Source: Acidobacteriota bacterium
GTDB lineage: Bacteria; Acidobacteriota; UBA6911; RPQK01; JAJDTT01
Length of the DNA stretch: 64,000 bases
Direction: 5' to 3'
NCBI GenBank assembly: GCA_965263035.1
Contig: OZ253580.1
Coordinates: forward strand, 2,048,001 to 2,112,000
The translations under genes and the position numbers were made by a program. Positions 30,560 to 40,586 of this stretch are shown piece by piece. Numbering within the stretch: the stretch's first letter is position 1; each line of letters begins with the position of its first letter. The notes under the pieces are model-generated. The model saw only the letters and a program-made list of their open reading frames with translations. It did not search any database and was not told the DNA's origin.

Positions 30560-32011
30560 ATGTCCGTCAGCACCCTCGTCAAGTCGATTCAGAACATCAT
30601 GCGCCAGGATGTGGGCGTCGACGGCGATGCGCAGCGCATCAGCCAACTGTGCTGGATGTTCTTCCTCAAGATCATCGACGATCAGGACCAGGAGCTCGAA
30701 CTTCTCAAGGACGGCTACCGTTCGCCTGTTCCCGTCCGTCTGCGTTGGCGGAACTGGGCCGCCGATCCGGAAGGCATCACGGGCGAGGAACTGCTCGACT
30801 TCGTCAACGGCGATCTCTTTCCGCGGCTGAAGGGGCTCCCGCCCAGGGCCGGCCCTCGCGCGAACGTCGTGCGCGACGTGTTCGAGGATGCCTACAACTA
30901 CATGAAGTCCGGCCAGCTGATGCGGCAGGTCGTCAATAAGATCAACGGCATCGATTTCAACAACCTGGCTGCGCGCCGGCACTTCGGCGACATCTACGAG
31001 CAGATCCTGAACGACCTGCAATCGGCCGGCAACGCGGGCGAATACTACACGCCGCGCGCCGTGACCTCGTTCATGGCGCGGATGATCGACCCGAAACCGG
31101 GTGAGACGCTGTTCGATCCGGCGTGCGGCACCGGTGGGTTCCTCACCTGCTCCATCCGTCATATGCACGAACGCTATGTGAAGCGGCCCGAAGATGAAGC
31201 AAAAATGCAGGCCTCACTGAGGGCGGTGGAGAAGAAGCCGCTTCCCCACATGCTGGCCGTCACGAACATGCTCCTGCACGGCATCGAGGATCCGTCCTTT
31301 CTGTGCCGCGACAACACGCTCGCACGGCCCTACATCTCGTGGGGCCGGGACGAGCGCGTGGACATCGTCCTGACCAATCCACCGTTCGGCGGCAAGGAGG
31401 AGGACGGCATCGAGTCGAACTTCCCGAAGCACTTCCAGACGCGCGAGACGGCGGACCTGTTCCTCGCTCTGATCATCCGGCTCCTGAAACCCGGAGGCAG
31501 GGCTGCCGTGGTCCTACCCGATGGCTCCCTGTTCGGCGAGGGTGTCAAGACCCGGCTCAAGGAGCATCTGATGGAGGAATGCAACCTTCACACCATCGTG
31601 CGCCTGCCGAACTCAGTGTTCCGTCCATACGCCTCGATCGGGACGAACTTGTTGTTCTTCGAGAAGGGCGAACCAACCAAGGATGTCTGGTTCTGGGAAC
31701 ATCTCGTTCCCGAGGGTCAGAAGGCCTATTCCATGACCCGGCCCATCCGGTTGGAGCATCTTGAGGACTGTGCCGCTTGGTGGGGCGGGGCGCAACGCAA
31801 GAGCCGCGAGGAAGGTGGCTATGCTTGGAAGGTGACTGCCGAGGAGATCACGGCGCGCGGGCACAATCTCGACATCAAGAATCCTTATACGGAGGAAGAG
31901 GACTACGGCGATCCCGAGACGCTTCTGGAGGAGTTGATGAACGCCGAGGCCGAGGTGATGTCAGTGCGAGACTGCTTGAAGAGAATCCTGGCCGAGGCGC
32001 TGTTGCGGTGA
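30560..32011 (+). CDS. hsdM: Type I N6-adenine methyltransferase M subunit
   Basis: GEYYTPR, FDPACGTGGF, NPPF. Confidence 0.96.
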   Translation: MSVSTLVKSIQNIMRQDVGVDGDAQRISQLCWMFFLKIIDDQDQELELLKDGYRSPVPVRLRWRNWAADPEGITGEELLDFVNGDLFPRLKGLPPRAGPRANVVRDVFEDAYNYMKSGQLMRQVVNKINGIDFNNLAARRHFGDIYEQILNDLQSAGNAGEYYTPRAVTSFMARMIDPKPGETLFDPACGTGGFLTCSIRHMHERYVKRPEDEAKMQASLRAVEKKPLPHMLAVTNMLLHGIEDPSFLCRDNTLARPYISWGRDERVDIVLTNPPFGGKEEDGIESNFPKHFQTRETADLFLALIIRLLKPGGRAAVVLPDGSLFGEGVKTRLKEHLMEECNLHTIVRLPNSVFRPYASIGTNLLFFEKGEPTKDVWFWEHLVPEGQKAYSMTRPIRLEHLEDCAAWWGGAQRKSREEGGYAWKVTAEEITARGHNLDIKNPYTEEEDYGDPETLLEELMNAEAEVMSVRDCLKRILAEALLR

Positions 32012-33699
32012 AAGCCGACCGCCTGCTCGCGCTCTACGACCGCGTTGCGGACGCGCCGGACGCCGTTGGCCGCCTGCGCCGGTTCGTGCTGGATCTCGCC
32101 GTGCGGGGGAAGCTCGTGGAGCAGGATCCGGCGGATGAACCGGCGTCGGAACTGCTGAAACGGATTGCGGCCGAAAAGGCGCGAATGGTGAAGGCGCGGG
32201 AGATCAGAAAACCCCGCAATTTGTCGAACGGCGAGGACTTGGTGGCACCCTTCGAGATTCCGGCCACTTGGTGCTGGCGCCGCCTCGATACCATTGGAGC
32301 AATCGTCGGTGGTGGCACACCATCTGCTGGCGATCCCAGGAACTTCTCGGAACCGGGAGAGGGTATCGCATGGCTAACACCGAAAGACCTCGGCGGTTAC
32401 GGCAACCGATACATTGAACGCGGCAGCCGCGATCTATCGGCGAGAGGCTTGCATTCATCGTCGGCCACGCTCATGCCCGCAGGAACCGTCCTCTTTAGTA
32501 GCCGTGCGCCGATTGGTTACGTGGCAATCGCGGCAAACCCAGTTGCGACGAATCAGGGGTTCAAATCCGTCATCCCGTATGTGTCTGATTGCTCTAGGTA
32601 CGTCGCTTTGGCGATGCAGACATTCGCGCCTGAAATCGAGGTCAACGCGCCGGGCACGACATTCAAGGAGGTTTCAGGAAGGATCGTCTCCGGCGTGCCT
32701 TTCCCGCTTCCACCCCTCACCGAGCAGCACCGTATTGTCGTCAAGTTCGACGAACTCGTGGCTCTTTGCGAGCGGCTGGGAGAAGCGCGCACCGCGCGTG
32801 AGGACACCCGCGACCGGCTCACCAAGGCTAGTCTGACCCGTCTGAACGCACCCGACGTAGACGTGCCGACATTTCGTTCTCACGCACGTTTTGCCGTCGA
32901 TGCCCTGCCCGCGCTGACCGCCCGTGCCGATCAGGTCAAGCACCTGCGCCAGACGATTCTCAACCTCGCCGTGCGGGGAAAGCTGGTGGAGCAGGATCCG
33001 AACGCCACTCCAGTAGGACCCCTATTGGCGCACCAGAGGATACCGATTTCGGATTCGAAATGGTTTGAAATCCCTGCGTCATGGGCTTGGGTAAGTGTCG
33101 GAGCGGTGGCCGAATCACGCCTGGGTAAAATGCTCGACAAAGCCAAGAACACAGGCAGCCCGCGAAGATACCTGAGAAATGCCAACGTCAGATGGTTCGA
33201 TTTCGATCTGTCGGACGTTCTGGAAATGAGATTCGAAGACACGGAGCTTCCGGAGTTTTCGCTCCGACCGGGGGACGTGCTGATTTGCGAGGGGGGCGAA
33301 CCAGGTCGAGCTGCCGTATGGGATGAGCGCGAGGACGACATCTACTTTCAAAAGGCGATTCACAGAGTTCGTTTCTTGGACATCGTAGATGGTCAGTACT
33401 TCGTGGACGCGCTTCGATCCAGTGCCGATGATGGGCGGTTAGCAGAGTATTTCACTGGGACCACAATTAAACACTTCACGGGCACGGCCTTACGGGCGTA
33501 TGTGTTCCCGCTGCCACCCGTTGCTGAGCAGCGCCAAATCGTCGCCAAGGTCGATGAACTCATGGCGCTCTGCGATCGTATGGAGGCCGGTCTCGCTGCC
33601 GAAAATGGCACCCGCGGTCGCCTTCTCGAATCCCTTCTTCATGACGCGCTGGCATTCGCCACATGCGAAGCTGGGACCACCAAGAGGTTTGAGGGATGA
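32008..33699 (+). CDS. hsdS: Type I specificity subunit
   Basis: GTG overlapping the hsdM stop; two AVRGKLVEQDP and two PLPPxxEQxxIV conserved regions flanking two TRDs. Confidence 0.95.
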   Translation: MKADRLLALYDRVADAPDAVGRLRRFVLDLAVRGKLVEQDPADEPASELLKRIAAEKARMVKAREIRKPRNLSNGEDLVAPFEIPATWCWRRLDTIGAIVGGGTPSAGDPRNFSEPGEGIAWLTPKDLGGYGNRYIERGSRDLSARGLHSSSATLMPAGTVLFSSRAPIGYVAIAANPVATNQGFKSVIPYVSDCSRYVALAMQTFAPEIEVNAPGTTFKEVSGRIVSGVPFPLPPLTEQHRIVVKFDELVALCERLGEARTAREDTRDRLTKASLTRLNAPDVDVPTFRSHARFAVDALPALTARADQVKHLRQTILNLAVRGKLVEQDPNATPVGPLLAHQRIPISDSKWFEIPASWAWVSVGAVAESRLGKMLDKAKNTGSPRRYLRNANVRWFDFDLSDVLEMRFEDTELPEFSLRPGDVLICEGGEPGRAAVWDEREDDIYFQKAIHRVRFLDIVDGQYFVDALRSSADDGRLAEYFTGTTIKHFTGTALRAYVFPLPPVAEQRQIVAKVDELMALCDRMEAGLAAENGTRGRLLESLLHDALAFATCEAGTTKRFEG

Positions 33700-33808
33700 A
33701 GTACTTGGCCCGGGAGGGCACGGAGGGGACACACTCTAACCAGGAGCTTGACTACTGCGGTGCGCCCCACGTCCGGCCCAGCCGGGATGGTGTCGCGAGG
33801 ATAAGGCC

Positions 33809-34957
33809 ATGATCCGCGTCCCGGTGCCCCCCGAGATGCTTCGCTGGGCCTGCGAACGTGCTGGCCACGACGTGGCGCACGTTGCGGAGCGCATGCCGCA
33901 GCTTCGGGCTTGGGTCCGGCGCGAGAGACAACCGACGCTGAAGCAGCTGGAGAACCTAGCCAAACTCACGCATACGCCCTTCGGCTACCTGTTTCTGCCC
34001 GAGCCTCCCGACGAGCGCCTCCCGGTTCCTGACTATCGCACCGTGGCGGGCTCCGCCGCAGCCAAGCCGAGCCCCAACCTGCTGGACACGCTGTACACGA
34101 TGCAACGCCGACAGATTTGGCTGCGGGAGTCCCTCGTCGAGAACGAGGCGGAACCACTGCCCTTCGTGGCAAGCGCCAGGCTTGCCGATGAGTCGGGCGA
34201 TGTGGGGCGGGAAATGCGACGGGCGCTCGGCCTCGATGGTGGATGGGCCGCGGGAGTCCGCAATTGGCAGGACGGGGTGAGCGAGCTTCGTCGTGCGATC
34301 GAGCAACTGGGTGTGATGGCGGTGATCAACGGTGTGGTGGGGAACAATACCCATCGGCGGCTGAGCGTGGAGGAGTTTCGCGGCTTCGCGCTCACCGATC
34401 CCTACGCGCCGCTGATCTTCGTGAACGGCGCGGATGCGAAGTCGGCGCAGATGTTCACGCTCGCTCACGAGCTGGCGCACATCTGGCTCGGCACGGAGGG
34501 GCTTTCGGGCTTTGAAGCCCTACTCCCCGGCGGTACGGACGTGGAGGACTGGTGCAACCGGGCCGCGGCGGAGCTCCTCGCACCAGCACAGGAGCTCAGA
34601 GCGCGCTGGAGGGAAGTCAGGCGGGAGGCGAGCCCCTTCGAGGCGCTCGCCCGGGCGTTCAAGGTGAGCCCCGTGGTCGCCGCCCGGCGAGCTCTCGACC
34701 TGAATCTCGTTGACCGAAGCGCCTTCTTCAATTTTTACGAGCGCTACGTCAATCAAGAACGCAAGGGGGGGACGAAGCCGAGCGGGGGAGACTTCTACAA
34801 CAACCAGAACACGCGTGTCGGCGAGCTGTTTGCGATCCAGGTTCTGCGCGGAGCGATGGAGGGCCGGATCGGATTTAAGGAAGCCTATGATCTCACAGGG
34901 CTGCGTGGTGGAACCTTCCAGAAGTACGCTAGGAGGCTGGGGATGGATCTCCCATGA
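33809..34957 (+). CDS. XRE-HTH + ImmA/IrrE-family metallopeptidase
   Basis: N-terminal HTH (QPTLKQLENLAK), FRGF, FTLAHELAHIWLG (HExxH), EDWCNRAAAELL. Confidence 0.9.
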   Translation: MIRVPVPPEMLRWACERAGHDVAHVAERMPQLRAWVRRERQPTLKQLENLAKLTHTPFGYLFLPEPPDERLPVPDYRTVAGSAAAKPSPNLLDTLYTMQRRQIWLRESLVENEAEPLPFVASARLADESGDVGREMRRALGLDGGWAAGVRNWQDGVSELRRAIEQLGVMAVINGVVGNNTHRRLSVEEFRGFALTDPYAPLIFVNGADAKSAQMFTLAHELAHIWLGTEGLSGFEALLPGGTDVEDWCNRAAAELLAPAQELRARWREVRREASPFEALARAFKVSPVVAARRALDLNLVDRSAFFNFYERYVNQERKGGTKPSGGDFYNNQNTRVGELFAIQVLRGAMEGRIGFKEAYDLTGLRGGTFQKYARRLGMDLP

Positions 34958-35478
34958 TGATGGATCGGACCTACCTCGTCGATTCGGATGTATTCATCAC
35001 GGCGAAGAACCTATATTACTCGTTCGACATCTGCCCCGGCTTTTGGAAGAGCGTGCTTCATCCCCACCGGGAGGGCCGAGTCTTCAGCGTCGACAGGGTT
35101 CGCGGCGAACTACTCGCGGGTCGCAAGACGGAGGATCTCGTCCGGTGGGTGAGGGACGAAGTCCCGGAAGGGTTCTTCGTCCCAGTGGACACCGACGTGG
35201 TGGTGAGTGCCTATACGGACGTCATGATGTGGGTTCAGCGCCATTCGAGGTATTTTGACCATGCAAGGGCGAAGTTCGCGACCGGTGCGGACGGTTGGCT
35301 CGTCGCCTACGCACAGGTTCACGGCACCACCGTCGTGACGAACGAGCAGAGTGCTCCGGGGTCCAGGAAGGAGATCAAGCTCCCCGACGTATGCGATCAG
35401 TTCGGAGTGCGGCGCGACAACACGTTCGCCATGCTTCGGGCACTAAACGTCCACTTCGATTGGGCGGGAGCGGGCTGA
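34954..35478 (+). CDS. DUF4411-family PIN-like protein
   Basis: YLVDSDVFITAKNLYYSFDICPGFW, ADGWLVAYA, VVTNE, IKLPDVC; ATGA overlap with the peptidase gene. Confidence 0.88.
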   Translation: MMMDRTYLVDSDVFITAKNLYYSFDICPGFWKSVLHPHREGRVFSVDRVRGELLAGRKTEDLVRWVRDEVPEGFFVPVDTDVVVSAYTDVMMWVQRHSRYFDHARAKFATGADGWLVAYAQVHGTTVVTNEQSAPGSRKEIKLPDVCDQFGVRRDNTFAMLRALNVHFDWAGAG

Positions 35479-35715
35479 GAGATCGTGTCATTTCGTGCTG
35501 CCTCGATCCGGGGCCCGCAGGTTGGTGGCGGCTTCCTCCGAACCTCGTCCGCGGGTTCAACCGAGAGCGTACTGCCCCTCGCTGCCGTCGCGTCGCTCCC
35601 CGACCCCCGAGATGCAGTCCAAGCAACTCCGTCCTCGCCACCCGCTCGAGGCCCCGCTGGCGGTACGACCGGACAGCGCGTGGGCCCGATTCGATCCGGG
35701 GGGATCGGTCATTCC

Positions 35716-35925
35716 CTAGAGAACTTGGAGTTCCGCAACCATATGCCACGGCTCTCCAAGGCCGACGCCCTGGGCTCGCTGATCGAGAAGGTCACCTCGC
35801 CCGAAGTCAACCTGAATCCGATCCTGGTGATGGCCACCGACGGCGCGGTCAAGCATCCTGGGCGCGATAACCACGGCATGGGCACGGTTTTCGAGGAGCT
35901 AATCCGGCACTCAAACCAGGAGAAC
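35716..35925 (+). pseudogene. Internal fragment of a second, different type I hsdM
   Basis: LEFRNHMPRLSKADALGSLIEK...DNHGMGTVFEELIR resembles the HsdM N-terminal domain preceding GE-FTPR. Confidence 0.65.
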
Positions 35926-36083
35926 CTCGAATTGGAGTTCCCGCGTGGCGCGGGGAGGAAGTCCGTGGTTCTCCGATATCAAATCAATCAAAGGAGTGGA
36001 GGAATTGACGTGCACAGGAGTTACAACGACAACCTCATCCGAGAAGCTATCAACATGACCGCTACTAGGTCGGAGGCACGACG

Positions 36084-38111
36084 ATGAGACTGACTCATGT
36101 GCAGGTGCAGAACTATCGCTGTGTCCGTGACACAGGGTGGTTCGAAGTGGAACAGGCCAAGACGATTCTGGTGGGGCCGAACGAGGCGGGTAAGACTGCC
36201 GTGCTTGAGGCGCTTCAGCAGGTCAATCCCTCCGCAGGAGTGAAGGAGTTCGACGCTCTGCGCGACTACCCACGCAAGCTCTACAACGCCGACATCCAAT
36301 CGCAGAAGCGAGATCCCAGCGAGATTCCCGTCGCGTCCGCTCGGTTCACGCTTGAGCCGGACGACCTCGCTCGGCTACCCGAGGGGTTCTCTTCCACCAC
36401 GGAGTACGGCTGTACGCGGCACCTCAACAATGAGCTAACGCAGTGGCTCGAAGGCAGTCCGGAGCTGGTCGTGTTCAGCGAAGAGATTCGGAAGGACCTG
36501 GTGCGTCTTGCTACGCATGTCGACAAGCGTGCCGCCGAAAACGAAGCAAATGACGGGCAGGGGCTCCGCGCAGATCTCGACAATGTCATCGCTGACTGGC
36601 AGGTTGGGAAAACCACGATCGCTGGCAATCGTGCACCTGCGTTGAGGAACTGGCTCGACTCGGCCCTCGAGTTCGTCGACGAGAGCGATGTAGCCCAGGA
36701 TCAACTCCACACTCGCCTCCTCGGTTACACACGGATACCCGAGCAGCGCGACGCAGCCCTCGCAACGCTCAATAGTCGGCTGCCGGTATTCGTCTACTTC
36801 AACAACTATTCCCGGGTTCGTCCCAATATCCACCTGCGCCACTTCGCCAACCGCGTCGATCAGGGCCGCCTTGACGATGACCGCTATGACTACGGCAACC
36901 TGTGCTTGCTCAAGCTGCTTGGCTTCGACGCCCAGGAACTCGCTAATCTCGGAGACGCCTCTGATCCGGGTGAGGATCAAGAAGCATTCGAGCGATACCG
37001 TAGCCAACTCGACAAGCGCAGCTTCAAGCTCAACGCAGCCAGCGTTCGCCTCACCGGCGAAATCCGATCAATCTGGAACCCCGATCCGACTTGTGCTGAA
37101 TCCGATACGGTGCGGATACAGGCCGACGGCCAGTACCTCAAGGTGGTGGTCGAGGACGAACTTGGCGTTCAGATCGAAGTCGACCAGCGCTCCGCCGGAT
37201 TTCAATGGCTTCTGTCGTTCTTCGTTGTCTTCTTCGCCGAAGCCGAAGACGCTCACGCCAACGCCATCCTGCTGCTGGACGAGCCGGGGCTGAGCCTCCA
37301 TGGCCTCAAGCAGCGTGAATTCCGCCAGACCATCTCACGACTCGCCGAAGGCAACCAGACTATCTATACGACGCATTCGCCCTTCCTGGTCGGACCCGAG
37401 GAACTTGATTTGGTCCGCGTGGTGGAGATGACTGACCGCGACGACGGCACCAAGGTGCACACGACCGTCACTGCCAGCGACCCGGCCGCGCTTCTGCCCC
37501 TACAGGAAGCCCTTGGGTACGATCTCGCTCAGAGTCTGTTCACCCAGCAACGCAACCTGGTTCTGGAAGGCCTCACGGACTTCTGGTATTTCGAGGCCAC
37601 TGCGCAACTGTTGCGCGACGCCAACCTAGCCGACCTCAACCAGAAGATCGCTTTGCTCCCTGCGAAAACCGCGGGCAAGGTTGTGTACTTCGCCACGATC
37701 CTTCATGCCAACAATCTCAAGGTGGCCGCTCTGCTGGATTCCGATAACGCGGGCGACCAGGCTGCCAAACAGGAAACACTGATCCACACTCTCGGGAACA
37801 AGAGTATCCTCCGAACCGGGGATGTTTGCCCCGGCACGATCACCAAGCCCGAGATCGAGGATATCCTTCGCAACACGCTCGTTGCCATGGCCCAATCCGA
37901 GCTGGACTGGGATGTGACGGAAGTGGCCACCCAGCATCCCCAGCGACCGATAGTCGATATCTTCACGGCTGAGATAAGCGGCTTCTCCAAGTACCGACTC
38001 GCCAAGGCGTACCTTCGCTGGACGCGTGAGCACAGCGCCGCAGACCTCACAGAAGACGAACGCAGCTCATGGGTGAAACTCATCAAACGAGTGAATCGAG
38101 CGCTTAGGTAG
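36084..38111 (+). CDS. OLD-family ATP-dependent endonuclease (ABC ATPase + TOPRIM)
   Basis: VQNYRCV, GPNEAGKT, RSAGFQW, LLLDEPGLSLH, TTHSPF, TOPRIM LVLEGLTD and LLDSD. Confidence 0.88.
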   Translation: MRLTHVQVQNYRCVRDTGWFEVEQAKTILVGPNEAGKTAVLEALQQVNPSAGVKEFDALRDYPRKLYNADIQSQKRDPSEIPVASARFTLEPDDLARLPEGFSSTTEYGCTRHLNNELTQWLEGSPELVVFSEEIRKDLVRLATHVDKRAAENEANDGQGLRADLDNVIADWQVGKTTIAGNRAPALRNWLDSALEFVDESDVAQDQLHTRLLGYTRIPEQRDAALATLNSRLPVFVYFNNYSRVRPNIHLRHFANRVDQGRLDDDRYDYGNLCLLKLLGFDAQELANLGDASDPGEDQEAFERYRSQLDKRSFKLNAASVRLTGEIRSIWNPDPTCAESDTVRIQADGQYLKVVVEDELGVQIEVDQRSAGFQWLLSFFVVFFAEAEDAHANAILLLDEPGLSLHGLKQREFRQTISRLAEGNQTIYTTHSPFLVGPEELDLVRVVEMTDRDDGTKVHTTVTASDPAALLPLQEALGYDLAQSLFTQQRNLVLEGLTDFWYFEATAQLLRDANLADLNQKIALLPAKTAGKVVYFATILHANNLKVAALLDSDNAGDQAAKQETLIHTLGNKSILRTGDVCPGTITKPEIEDILRNTLVAMAQSELDWDVTEVATQHPQRPIVDIFTAEISGFSKYRLAKAYLRWTREHSAADLTEDERSSWVKLIKRVNRALR

Positions 38112-38122
38112 GAGGGTGCTAA

Positions 38123-38382
38123 GAAAGGCCTGATTAAGTCAGCGGCCCTCCCGATAATTCTTCCTTCGTCATTGAGTGGAGTGATCGAGGATGGAGCAGC
38201 AGACGTTCGCAGATCTGGAATACGAGGCCAAGAAGCGGGTGACCCGTCGGGAGAAGTTTCTGGCCCGGATGGAGCGGTTGATTCCGTGGGAGCCGTTGGA
38301 GGCACGGATTCGGCCCTTTTACCCGAAAGCGGGGCGGGGGCGACGTCCCTACCCGTTGGCGACGATGCTGCGCATCCACTGC
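38123..38382 (+). mobile_element. IS5-family left end with truncated transposase
   Basis: CTAA|GAAAGGCCTGATTAAG; [33 protein letters not shown]...[15 protein letters not shown]; near-identical to 55029-55191. Confidence 0.85.
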
Positions 38383-38519
38383 GCACACGCCACTACGGTC
38401 TGCGCTAAAATGGAGTGATCGGAGAAAAACTGACCCGCCAGAGCAGTGGAGCACCTCATAGTGCCCGTTTGCAGTAACCCCGCGCTATTCGGAGCACTCC
38501 CTCATCGTTTTTCGGGGAT

Positions 38520-38738
38520 GTGAAAGGTGATGTCGTGTTCAGGAAAGTAGTCGGCGCGTTCCGCGCCCCGAAGCGAATCCCATCCTCGACGGAAGAGTCT
38601 AAGCGGGCGATCGCCAGGGACGTGGTGCGACGCACCGCAACCGGGAACGTCCGTCTGCAACTCGGCAACTTTGTCACCAAGGAAGATCTGAACCGCCAAT
38701 ACGAGCGCGTTAAGACATTTCGGTTCATCGGTGACTGA
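38520..38738 (+). CDS. Small basic hypothetical protein (72 aa)
   Basis: Overlaps the next gene by 8 nt (GTGACTGA); start uncertain. Confidence 0.55.
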   Translation: MKGDVVFRKVVGAFRAPKRIPSSTEESKRAIARDVVRRTATGNVRLQLGNFVTKEDLNRQYERVKTFRFIGD

Positions 38739-39312
38739 TTCACACATCGCCGAGTTGCGACGCCTGTACGAGAAGGCAGACAGCTTCGCTCGTGAGGTTG
38801 GCGAGTTGCGTAGCGAGGTGCCGATACCCGCCATCAACGAGCTGCGGTACGTTGGCCACCACCTTCTACAGTCCATCGACGACGACGGAACGATCGACAT
38901 TGAGTCTCTCGGTAAGGCAAAGAGCCACTGTGAGCGGGCTATGTACGAGGCCGCCGAAGCCGGGATCATGTTCTGCCTAGACTCAATCAAGGACTTCGGA
39001 AAAGACTACAGCGACATCGTGATCAGCGAAGTGATTCAAGACTATCCCCAGCGACTAGCAAGGGTGCAACAGACCCTGGGTACGATCATCAAGGGAAGGT
39101 CCGACCGCGACTCAGTGGAGACTCACGTCGATGCGTACATGGAAGAGTTTTGCGTGGTGCGCGACACTCTCCGAGTGTGCGACGCGAGCAGGGATGACCT
39201 CAACGTCAAAAGAAAGCAACAGATCCGGGAGCATCGGCGATTCGTGACCCGCATGCTGGGTTTGCTCCTGGGCGTTCTCATCACCCTACTGGGCATTATT
39301 CTATCAACGTGA
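38731..39312 (+). CDS. Helical hypothetical protein with RxxxxH motif and C-terminal TM helix
   Basis: PAINELRYVGHHLL, AKSHCERA; C-terminal MLGLLLGVLITLLGIILST. Confidence 0.75.
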   Translation: MTDSHIAELRRLYEKADSFAREVGELRSEVPIPAINELRYVGHHLLQSIDDDGTIDIESLGKAKSHCERAMYEAAEAGIMFCLDSIKDFGKDYSDIVISEVIQDYPQRLARVQQTLGTIIKGRSDRDSVETHVDAYMEEFCVVRDTLRVCDASRDDLNVKRKQQIREHRRFVTRMLGLLLGVLITLLGIILST

Positions 39313-39353
39313 ATCCTAGCCGATCGCGCGTCCGGGATCCATGGACATGGCCG

Positions 39354-40337
39354 TCAGACGGAAATCCGTTCGACGAGGTTGCGGGAGACGCGCCTTCGGC
39401 GCCGGTCGTAGATCTGGGTGGTGCGGGGGTGGGCGTGACCGGCCAGGTACTGGACGTCCTCGAGCGGCACGTTCTGACTGAGGAGATCCGTGACCACCAG
39501 GACGCGGAACGAGTGGGGCGAGAGGATCTTCGGCAACCCGGACGCCCGCAGCCGGCGCTTGAGCATCTGCTGCACGGCGAGAGGCGACATCGCCCGATCG
39601 GTGAGCGGGCTGGAGCGTCGCTGCCCGGCCCGATACAGCGGCGAGGCCTGGGGCGCGTCCTCAAGCCCGGCCCCCTCGAGGTAGGCCGAGATCCACTCGT
39701 CGAGATCATGGCGCACCGGGATCTCCCGGACCTTTCCTCCTTTTTCCGCAAACTGCAGCGACCGGTGGTTGCCGTTGTCGCGAAGATCCTGCATCCGGAG
39801 CCGGCTGATGGCCCCGACCCGGGCGCCGGTGTAGATGAGCGTCCCGAGGACCGCCCGGTCCCGAAGACCGAACACACTATCCGTCTTGATGGAGGCGAGG
39901 AGTTGACGCGCTTGGGCGACACTCACCTCGGGCGTCCGGCCCTCCCCGAAGGGATGGCGCACCCCCCGGACCGACTGAAACGGATTCAACACCGCCGCGT
40001 GCCGGGCCACCAGGGTATCGAAGAAGTGGCGCAGTCCGGCGAGGGCCTGGTTCTGGGTGGGGGCGCCACCGGGAAGCTCGTCCAGGAACCGGCCGGCCAG
40101 GCCGGGCGTGACCTGGTGCAACTCCAGCCCCTCGTCCTCGCACCAGGTGAGGAACCGGCTGACCTGGCGGGCGTAGGCGGTTCGCGTATGGGGGTTGGAG
40201 ATCCGCGCGGAGAAGAACTCGTCCGCAGCGAGGCAGGCGCTCGCGCCGGCCCTCACGAGAATGTCCGGGAAGGCCCCTTGGAGGTCCTTTTCGTCCGGCG
40301 AATCGTCGGTTCTGAGGGCGAGGTCGGTGTCGCTCAT
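39354..40337 (-). CDS. Tyrosine recombinase (XerC/D-like phage integrase family)
   Basis: N-terminal EFFSARISNPHTRTAY; catalytic TGARV (R), EKGGK (K), HSFR, LAGHA, TTQIYD (Y). Confidence 0.93.
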   Translation of the reverse strand: MSDTDLALRTDDSPDEKDLQGAFPDILVRAGASACLAADEFFSARISNPHTRTAYARQVSRFLTWCEDEGLELHQVTPGLAGRFLDELPGGAPTQNQALAGLRHFFDTLVARHAAVLNPFQSVRGVRHPFGEGRTPEVSVAQARQLLASIKTDSVFGLRDRAVLGTLIYTGARVGAISRLRMQDLRDNGNHRSLQFAEKGGKVREIPVRHDLDEWISAYLEGAGLEDAPQASPLYRAGQRRSSPLTDRAMSPLAVQQMLKRRLRASGLPKILSPHSFRVLVVTDLLSQNVPLEDVQYLAGHAHPRTTQIYDRRRRRVSRNLVERISV

Positions 40338-40341
40338 AGTA

Positions 40342-40369
40342 GCTACGTATAATATCCTTTATCGTACTC
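40342..40369. other. dif-like site immediately upstream of the recombinase start codon
   Basis: GCTACGTATAA-TATCCT-TTATCGTACTC, 4 bp from the ATG. Confidence 0.6.
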
Positions 40370-40586
40370 TAGCCCCCGCCCCTGACTCCCCCGTTCCCGG
40401 CGGCGGCCCCTTCTTTCTCAATCCGGTGATCCCATCGGGGTCAAAAACGAGCCCAAGACCCGATCCGCCGAGTCGGTGGCCCTTTCTACAATTCGGCCAG
40501 AAGGAATTCTCCCGCATCAGTCAATACTGTTGCAGGCGCTATCGTCTACCTGGAGGCCTCCAGGGACAAAATTACCGCCGATAATT

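Noticed and set aside
32095-33000. 36-bp direct repeat within hsdS
   Set aside because: Normal duplicated conserved region of HsdS; no inverted repeats or spare TRDs to indicate a shufflon.
36084-38111. Gabija, retron or PARIS assignment for the OLD protein
   Set aside because: No adjacent UvrD helicase, reverse transcriptase or separate AriB gene.
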